This document shows, piece after piece, positions 58,294-64,000 of a stretch of DNA of 64,000 bases (the stretch's first letter is position 1; each line of letters begins with the position of its first letter). This stretch comes from a virus: IMG/VR virus record IMGVR_UViG_3300017714_002439; one strand, written 5' to 3'. The notes under the pieces were generated by a model. The model made no database searches and was not told the DNA's origin. It worked only from the letters and a program-made list of their open reading frames with translations. The translations under genes were made by a program, and so were the position numbers.

Positions 58294-59309
58294 ACTGGTT
58301 AACAAATTTTAGATGTATTAAGGTTGAAATAACTTCTCATTGTAATGCAAAATGTCCAGGTTGCACTCGCAACATAACTGGCGGTAAAAATATAAGCAAT
58401 TTAGATTTAAGTCATATGCCATTTGAATTGTGGCAACGCATTATGCACGAAGATACAAAAGACTTAAATCTACAGGAAGTGTTATTTGATGGTAACGTAG
58501 GTGATTTGCTAATGCATCCACGTGCATTAGACTTTATTAAAACTACAGTAGAAGCACATCCTAAAATACACATACAAGTCAACACAAATGGCGGTGCAAG
58601 AACAGAACAATTTTGGACTGAACTTGGCAATTATTTAAAAGATATACCACATAAATTCAATTTTGCTATTGATGGGCTAGAAGATACACATCATATACAT
58701 AGACGATCAACAACATATGATGTAGTTGTGCGTAATATGAAAGCATTTATAGACGCAGGTGGGCAGGCGAGTTGGGTTTACACATTATTTGATCATAACA
58801 TTCATCAACAAGAAGAAGCAGAAGCACGTGCAGGCGAGTTGGGCTGTCATTGGTTTCAAGTAAGGCACAGTTGTATTCCTGGCGAAGACTTATATACAAA
58901 AACTGATACAGAAGAATATGCTATTAGCACAGATAATATATATGATTATGATGAAAAACTAGAACTGAAAAAAGGCATAATTAAAGTAGACCCTATTGAA
59001 TTTAATAATCATAGTTGCAGTGCATTTAACGAAAGACAAATTCAAATAGACTTTAGGGGTATGTTATGGCCATGTAGTTATATCTATGCTACAGAAGTCT
59101 ATAACGACAAACCATTGTCTGTAAGTCCATTTTACAGAAAAACTGATAAAATTGAAGATCAACCAGAAATGGAACACCCTAGAAATAAGTTAAATTTACA
59201 CAAACATACCCTTCCTGAAATACTCACAAATGATTTCTTTGCAAATCAACTTCCTTCTGCTATAGAAAACAAAAGACTTAACGTTTGCAATAAGTGGTGT
59301 TTTAACTAG
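58290..59309 (+). CDS. Radical SAM protein with C-terminal SPASM/twitch domain
   Basis: CNAKCPGC; GNVGD in place of GGEP; C-terminal C..RGMLWPC..C. Confidence 0.85.
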   Translation: MNWLTNFRCIKVEITSHCNAKCPGCTRNITGGKNISNLDLSHMPFELWQRIMHEDTKDLNLQEVLFDGNVGDLLMHPRALDFIKTTVEAHPKIHIQVNTNGGARTEQFWTELGNYLKDIPHKFNFAIDGLEDTHHIHRRSTTYDVVVRNMKAFIDAGGQASWVYTLFDHNIHQQEEAEARAGELGCHWFQVRHSCIPGEDLYTKTDTEEYAISTDNIYDYDEKLELKKGIIKVDPIEFNNHSCSAFNERQIQIDFRGMLWPCSYIYATEVYNDKPLSVSPFYRKTDKIEDQPEMEHPRNKLNLHKHTLPEILTNDFFANQLPSAIENKRLNVCNKWCFN

Positions 59310-59333
59310 CAGTTTACCTGGTCAAATTATAGG

Positions 59334-59339
59334 TAAATA
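59334..59339 (+). promoter_or_regulatory. Late-promoter-like TAAATA motif
   Basis: GGTAAATACT in intergenic region. Confidence 0.45.
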
Positions 59340-59368
59340 CTTATAACAAATAGACAGGAATACTAAAA

Positions 59369-60646
59369 GTGAAAAATATAAAACAAGCAATGTTGCCCAT
59401 GCTAATGGCAGTAATCGTTAGTGTTATGGTTAATGCACATTACAGAAGTATACAAGAATCATTACATGAAGGTATTAGTTGGGTTTGGAAGAAAAACAAA
59501 ACCATAGGTGAAGCAATTTACCAAACAAATGCTTTTTTATTCAATGGTGACGGCTTTGATCACGAACGCAAAATCAAAGACTACATATACAGTTCTTACC
59601 CTAGTGTAGTAATGATAAATGTATTCCCTACCGAAGAAGCATCAGCTAATCCATTGGTTCAGCGAAAGTCTGGTCGAGGAACTGGTTTTTTCGTGTCTGT
59701 AGATGATGAATCTGCAATTGTAATGACTAACTATCATGTTATAGAAAGTTACTTAGGTTCTGAAGATCTCCTAGAATTAAAAATTAATACAGCAACAGAT
59801 ATGTGGATGTATGATGTAGAGATTGTAGGCTATGATATAGTGGCAGATATTGCCCTTGTTAAGATACTTAAACAAGACAACGAACAATGGGAAGCATTAG
59901 AATTTGCAGATCATGAAGATATAAGTGAAGGTGATCCTATTGTAATTGTTGGTCACGGTATGAGTATGCCATGGAACAGCACACAAGGTATTGTTACATA
60001 TGATGGAAGATTTGGACAGCGTCCTTGGTCACTAATGATGCAAGTTGATGCAGTTATTAACCAAGGTAATAGTGGTGGTCCTGTTATAGGTGAAGATGCT
60101 AAAGTTTATGGTGTTGCACAAGCAATACTAAGTCCGGGTAGAAGTATACCAGCATGGGATGGCGTAGGACTAGCAATTGGAGCCAGACAAGCAGTTCGTA
60201 GTATGGAATATATTTTATCTGATGAATACGCAGAAAAAGGATATGTTCCTTATGTAGATTTATTGTTTACAACTAAAAACTTTGAACTAGAAGATGTTGT
60301 AGATACTGAACGCAAAGATAGGCACATGTCATATTTTAATATACCAGAACCTGAATCAAATGCAAAAGCACCAACTATGGAAGTTGAACCAGTAAAACTA
60401 AATGCTGGGCAAATTGCTGGATTACAGCAAGGTGACGTTATATTAGAACTAGATGGTAAAAGCATTTATTCAGCATTTACTATGTTTATTGAAGCCATGT
60501 ATGCATTTCCAGGACAGGTAGCAGTTGTAAAAGTATTAAGAGGTGACGAAGAACTAGAATTTGAGCTAATTTATCAAGAAACTGATTTTGAAAAACTATC
60601 AAAAATGATAGAAGATCGTAATAACCTACGTAGAAGCGGAAAATGA
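59369..60646 (+). CDS. HtrA/DegP-like serine protease with PDZ domain
   Basis: GTGFF, TNYHV, DIAL, DAVINQGNSGGP, GLQQGDVI. Confidence 0.9.
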   Translation: MKNIKQAMLPMLMAVIVSVMVNAHYRSIQESLHEGISWVWKKNKTIGEAIYQTNAFLFNGDGFDHERKIKDYIYSSYPSVVMINVFPTEEASANPLVQRKSGRGTGFFVSVDDESAIVMTNYHVIESYLGSEDLLELKINTATDMWMYDVEIVGYDIVADIALVKILKQDNEQWEALEFADHEDISEGDPIVIVGHGMSMPWNSTQGIVTYDGRFGQRPWSLMMQVDAVINQGNSGGPVIGEDAKVYGVAQAILSPGRSIPAWDGVGLAIGARQAVRSMEYILSDEYAEKGYVPYVDLLFTTKNFELEDVVDTERKDRHMSYFNIPEPESNAKAPTMEVEPVKLNAGQIAGLQQGDVILELDGKSIYSAFTMFIEAMYAFPGQVAVVKVLRGDEELEFELIYQETDFEKLSKMIEDRNNLRRSGK

Positions 60647-60649
60647 TAT

Positions 60650-61363
60650 ATGAAAGATTTTCAGGAAACTCTAGACGCAGTAGCAAGATCAAAAGTATGT
60701 GCTAGAAATTATAAAGAAGATGCAGTTCCTGAAGAACTTATTGAACATCTTTTAAAAGTAGCAACTGGAGGTCCATTTAAACAGGGTAGACGCTACTTTG
60801 ATTTATATGCAATCACAAACGCAGAAAAGTGTAATGCTATATGGAAACATACAGCACGACCAGAAGAATATAATGCACTAGAGCATACACCAAGAACAAA
60901 CAAAGATGGAACACCAACAACATTTGTAGGTAATGCACAAGTATTAGCACCAGTATTGTTTGTATTTGCAGCATGCGATCCAACTCCAGATTGGCCGGAA
61001 GAAGAATTATGGGATCCAACTCAAATTGATATTGACGAAGAAGAAGAACAAAACAGCAGATTTGCAATGGGTACCGGAATGGGAATGTTAGTATTAGAAG
61101 CTAACAAACAAGGACTACACACAGGTAATTGTGTATGCTTTAAATCTAAGCCAATTACAGCACTAATTAAAGAATGGTCAGGTAGAGATGATTTTACCAA
61201 TGTAGGACTAATGGTTGGTGCAGGATATCCAGTAGAAGAATGGACAGGACCAAATGGGAAGTTACAAATGCGTGAGCACCCTTTAGTAGCAGATTTTGAA
61301 TATATACCACCATATTGGCATGATGGCGATAGAGACGACCCAAAATACTACAGAATTACTTAA
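60650..61363 (+). CDS. Nitroreductase-family protein
   Basis: CARNY, GGPFKQG, GMLVLEANKQGLHTG, VGAGYP. Confidence 0.75.
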   Translation: MKDFQETLDAVARSKVCARNYKEDAVPEELIEHLLKVATGGPFKQGRRYFDLYAITNAEKCNAIWKHTARPEEYNALEHTPRTNKDGTPTTFVGNAQVLAPVLFVFAACDPTPDWPEEELWDPTQIDIDEEEEQNSRFAMGTGMGMLVLEANKQGLHTGNCVCFKSKPITALIKEWSGRDDFTNVGLMVGAGYPVEEWTGPNGKLQMREHPLVADFEYIPPYWHDGDRDDPKYYRIT

Positions 61364-61373
61364 ATAATACTGG

Positions 61374-61402
61374 TTGACAGACCCACCAAGATATCTTATA
61401 AT
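61374..61402 (+). promoter_or_regulatory. Sigma70-type promoter with shifted ACCAAGATATCTTA element
   Basis: TTGACA-17-TATAAT. Confidence 0.85.
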
Positions 61403-61439
61403 ATAGCTATATTATTAAAATATAACTATGGAGAGTATT

Positions 61440-62819
61440 ATGAGATATCTATTAATTGCTGTCGCATTGCTGACATCAGCATGTGTTAATGCAACAAGCG
61501 GAGTAACTGAAACAAAATTCCAACCAGTTACTAAATCACAAGTTCCACTAATGGAACCAGTTCATAAAATTGACTATTCTTATTATCCAGATTCAGACTT
61601 TGTGAATTTAAAAATTCCAGAGAATTTTGAATACATAAAACCTACTACACTTAGATATCACATGGAAACAGGTGAATACCGTCATTACAGTAAACAATGG
61701 TTTGGAGTTGAAAAAAGATATAGAGGATGGGATTGTCATAATATTCTAAAAAACTTCAAAGTTAATATAGCAAAAACATTTAAGATGGGTGACGATGACT
61801 CATTCTTTAAAATTACTGTATGTCAAAATCATATAGCACCTATGACTCATTTAGATTACAAGTATATGGTGGAGAAAATGGCAGACATTATATTACATCA
61901 TGCAACAAATAGAAATGTAAAAGAGCCTTATTATATCAAAGACATTAACAATCCACAATATGCCAAGTATATGCTAATGGCAAACACTGCCGAGTTCTAC
62001 GCTGTATTCAAGGATTTGATGCCTTTAACACCGGAAGAACACGAGATAATTGTGGCATATTTTGACGAGATATTTATGGGTAATCCGTTTCATACTCAGC
62101 AACGTAGACAACAATGTGATGTTAATAATCCAAAAAGAATAGCTACTACTGTTAATAAACCTAATGGAAACAATGGCCAAACTGGTATAGGTCTGAATGG
62201 ATGTGGTTCTTATGCTTATACTATGGTAAATGCCTCATTGGCATATGCAATATCTACAAATAACAATAAACTATTTAAACGAGCAAAGATGAATTTAACA
62301 CACTTGCTTGGTTCGTTTGATGACAATGGTATTCAAGTAGCTCAAGCATCGCGTGGTGGAGTATCTTGGGGTTATCATACAGACATGACTCAGTATCTAG
62401 GATATACCACTGAAATACTAGCATCAATAGGATATGATTTCTTACAACACAAAATGCCACGTAGTGGAATTACAGTAAAAGAAGTTATGGATATGCATTG
62501 GGCTATTGTAGATGACCATACATTACTTGGAGTATATGCAAAGTATAACCAAGGTGTAATGAAACGAGATCAATGGAATGATGTTAAGAATCTACCAACC
62601 TTAAAAGTAACACAGATCATGCAAGAGCAAAAGCCTTGGAGACATATTGCATTAAGTAACCCACGTTACTTAAACGAGTATAGAGACGAAGTTACAACAA
62701 TATGGGGTAAAGAAGTGAACCTAAAGGAAGTAGCTAATAGTAAAAGTGGTGGAGCAAATAACTGGTATAATCAAGGATTTCCATCAGAATACTTATATAG
62801 AATTAACCAATCTAGGTAG
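61440..62819 (+). CDS. Lipoprotein, possible alginate-lyase-like alpha/alpha barrel
   Basis: LLTSAC lipobox; AYAISTNN.KLF..FDDNG..ASRG..WGYH resembles a polysaccharide lyase pattern; GGAG SD before 61440. Confidence 0.4.
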   Translation: MRYLLIAVALLTSACVNATSGVTETKFQPVTKSQVPLMEPVHKIDYSYYPDSDFVNLKIPENFEYIKPTTLRYHMETGEYRHYSKQWFGVEKRYRGWDCHNILKNFKVNIAKTFKMGDDDSFFKITVCQNHIAPMTHLDYKYMVEKMADIILHHATNRNVKEPYYIKDINNPQYAKYMLMANTAEFYAVFKDLMPLTPEEHEIIVAYFDEIFMGNPFHTQQRRQQCDVNNPKRIATTVNKPNGNNGQTGIGLNGCGSYAYTMVNASLAYAISTNNNKLFKRAKMNLTHLLGSFDDNGIQVAQASRGGVSWGYHTDMTQYLGYTTEILASIGYDFLQHKMPRSGITVKEVMDMHWAIVDDHTLLGVYAKYNQGVMKRDQWNDVKNLPTLKVTQIMQEQKPWRHIALSNPRYLNEYRDEVTTIWGKEVNLKEVANSKSGGANNWYNQGFPSEYLYRINQSR

Positions 62820-62888
62820 TTAACATACAATATATAGTGTCGTTAACCACTGTTATATCGGTTGATGGCACTATATTTTGTGAAAAGG

Positions 62889-62917
62889 TTGACAAGATCA
62901 GGTAAATATCATATAAT
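62889..62917 (+). promoter_or_regulatory. Sigma70-type promoter
   Basis: TTGACA-17-TATAAT. Confidence 0.88.
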
Positions 62918-62944
62918 AGTGTATATTTAATAAAGATTTAGTAG

Positions 62945-63014
62945 AGTTGATTTAAAGGAGTGGGCTCAGATGTGACCGCTGAAGCTCGAATCAACCATCA
63001 AAAATCGGTCACGT
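62945..63014 (+). ncRNA. Candidate pseudoknotted cis-regulatory RNA in a 5' leader
   Basis: Nested stems 62946-53/62988-95, 62958-61/62984-87, 62966-69/62979-82; loop 62970-78 complementary to 63006-14. Confidence 0.5.
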
Positions 63015-63031
63015 TAATATAGGAGAAATCT

Positions 63032-63253
63032 ATGTTAGACAAAATCTTAAGCGGCGTTCGTGGCGCTACAGAGGCTGGTGTATCGTTGATTGGTCTTGCT
63101 ATCGTTTTACAAGTTGTATTTGGTGGCTCAGTTCCTTTCTTAGGCGGTGATGTAATCGGCACTATCATCGGCATCGTGTCACAACTAGGCGCTGCTGGTT
63201 TAGTAGGTCTTATTTCTGCAGTTATTTTGTGGAAACTATTTACACGTGACTAA
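63032..63253 (+). CDS. Small Gly-rich membrane protein
   Basis: 73 aa, almost entirely hydrophobic with GxxxG patterns; AGGAG SD; own terminator. Confidence 0.8.
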   Translation: MLDKILSGVRGATEAGVSLIGLAIVLQVVFGGSVPFLGGDVIGTIIGIVSQLGAAGLVGLISAVILWKLFTRD

Positions 63254-63275
63254 TATTAATATATATTAATGTTTG

Positions 63276-63302
63276 AAAAACCCAGCAAATGCTGGGTTTT
63301 TT
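63276..63302 (+). terminator. Intrinsic terminator
   Basis: CCCAGC-AAAT-GCTGGG plus T-run. Confidence 0.85.
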
Positions 63303-63307
63303 AATGG

Positions 63308-63336
63308 TTGACAGATTGTATACAATAGTATATATT
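63308..63336 (+). promoter_or_regulatory. Sigma70-type promoter with 12-bp palindrome
   Basis: TTGACA-17-TATATT; ATTGTATACAAT. Confidence 0.8.
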
Positions 63337-63369
63337 ATATATAAACAACAATAAAAGAAAGGGCATATT

Positions 63370-63639
63370 ATGTCAAAATCTAAAAAAGCAGTAGGAACTA
63401 AGTTCTTTAAAGAAGGAACTCAAAACCAAAAAATCTTAGCTAAATTCTGGGGAACTGGTAAAACGTTTACTATGGATACTCTAAGAGAAAAAATGGATAT
63501 TGCTAGTCCAGGTGCTAGACTTTCAGAGCTGAAAGATCAAGGCTTTAATGTAAAAGCTACAGCGTCTGCAAATACTTCAGGTTTACAAGGTAGACCAACT
63601 ATGGAATATTCAATTCCTAGAAGAAGAACTTTTGCTTAA
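63370..63639 (+). CDS. Winged helix-turn-helix protein
   Basis: TQNQKIL..FTMDTL..IASPGARLSELKDQGFNV. Confidence 0.7.
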   Translation: MSKSKKAVGTKFFKEGTQNQKILAKFWGTGKTFTMDTLREKMDIASPGARLSELKDQGFNVKATASANTSGLQGRPTMEYSIPRRRTFA

Positions 63640-64000
63640 TCCAATTAAGCACATTATAACTTTAAATAAGCAGGGCCTAGCCCTGCTTATTTTTACTCTA
63701 TTATTCTTCTCACTTCCGTCAAAAGCAGATATATCAAAAGAACAGTTTGCATATGAAGTAAAAGGTTGTGTAGATGAGTTATATTACGATACAAACAAAT
63801 ATCCAATTTCTAAACAAATTCCAATAGAACTTATTATTGCTCAATCGGCACATGAAAGTGCATGGGGTAGCAGTAGATTTGCAGTAGAAGGAAATAATCT
63901 ATTTGGTGTTAGAACTTGGAATGAAAACGATTTACAAATAAAAGCAAAAGGGGCTCCTGATGCTCCTTGGGGTTTAAAGGTATATAATAATTGGTGTGAA
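63632..64000 (+). CDS. Glucosaminidase/Bax-like peptidoglycan hydrolase (3' truncated by window end, start uncertain)
   Basis: LIIAQSAHESAWGSSRFAVEGNNLFGV; signal-like N-terminus; open frame from TTG 63632. Confidence 0.8.
   Translation, partial: MLNPIKHIITLNKQGLALLIFTLLFFSLPSKADISKEQFAYEVKGCVDELYYDTNKYPISKQIPIELIIAQSAHESAWGSSRFAVEGNNLFGVRTWNENDLQIKAKGAPDAPWGLKVYNNWCE
63665..63694 (+). terminator. Terminator-like hairpin overlapping the start region of the hydrolase frame
   Basis: AATAAGCAGGGC-CTA-GCCCTGCTTATT plus TTT. Confidence 0.7.

Noticed and set aside
14190-59309. Assigning any radical SAM protein as QueE or anaerobic RNR activase
   Set aside because: All are 340-460 aa with extra Cys domains, unlike those compact families.
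199-62460. Minus-strand and nested ORFs in the track (e.g. 4709-5263, 12647-13336, 15539-15991, 17655-18218, 21625-21888)
   Set aside because: They are antisense or alternate-frame shadows of well-supported + strand genes, with no SD, promoter or protein motif.
62945-63025. Hammerhead, twister or pistol ribozyme, or SAM-II/V identity for the leader RNA
   Set aside because: Partial resemblances (CTGAAG, CACGTTAATATAG) lack the required conserved cores and topology.
1-64000. Alternative genetic code or stop-codon recoding
   Set aside because: Core genes are full length in the standard code, and TAA, TGA and TAG all end genes at coupled junctions.
1-64000. tRNA genes, CRISPR arrays, IS elements
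   Set aside because: Intergenic gaps are short and were read individually; no cloverleaf, repeat-spacer array or transposase was seen.
1-64000. TAAATA hits inside coding regions as late promoters
   Set aside because: Expected frequently by chance at this AT content; only intergenic or start-adjacent copies were reported.

Overview
A 64 kb segment of a large, AT-rich, lytic dsDNA tailed phage with T4-like logic. It has a family B DNA polymerase, a clamp loader, TTGACA-17-TATAAT early promoters and TAAATA late-promoter-like motifs. The host is probably a marine alphaproteobacterium, inferred from the FdxA, NfuA and PepA sequence types. Essentially all genes lie on the + strand and use the standard code. 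I found no tRNA, CRISPR array, intron or intein. Layout: tail-fibre-like and membrane genes (1-4.2 kb); early and repair genes (pepA, ligase, uvsE; 4.2-11.6 kb); a late cluster of modular proteins (11.6-27.3 kb); replication, nucleotide, Fe-S and chaperone genes (28-64 kb). A paralogue pool is sprinkled throughout (6 radical SAM, 2 nitroreductases, SGNH-like and sulfotransferase-like proteins). The best candidate for a new system is the late cluster. At least 11 proteins share an N-terminal M-[KR]-[ILV]-x-[DEH]-[ILV]..E tag resembling the T4 capsid-targeting sequence. Tagged proteins include a CCA-adding enzyme, a RegB/RelE-like RNase domain, a PD-(D/E)xK nuclease and a HAD nucleotidase, which suggests a packaged and injected enzyme arsenal. 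Also notable are a pseudoknotted RNA leader at 62945-63014, a palindromic operator family inside promoter spacers, and apparently leaderless mRNAs. All family assignments come from motif recognition by eye; no database search was run.
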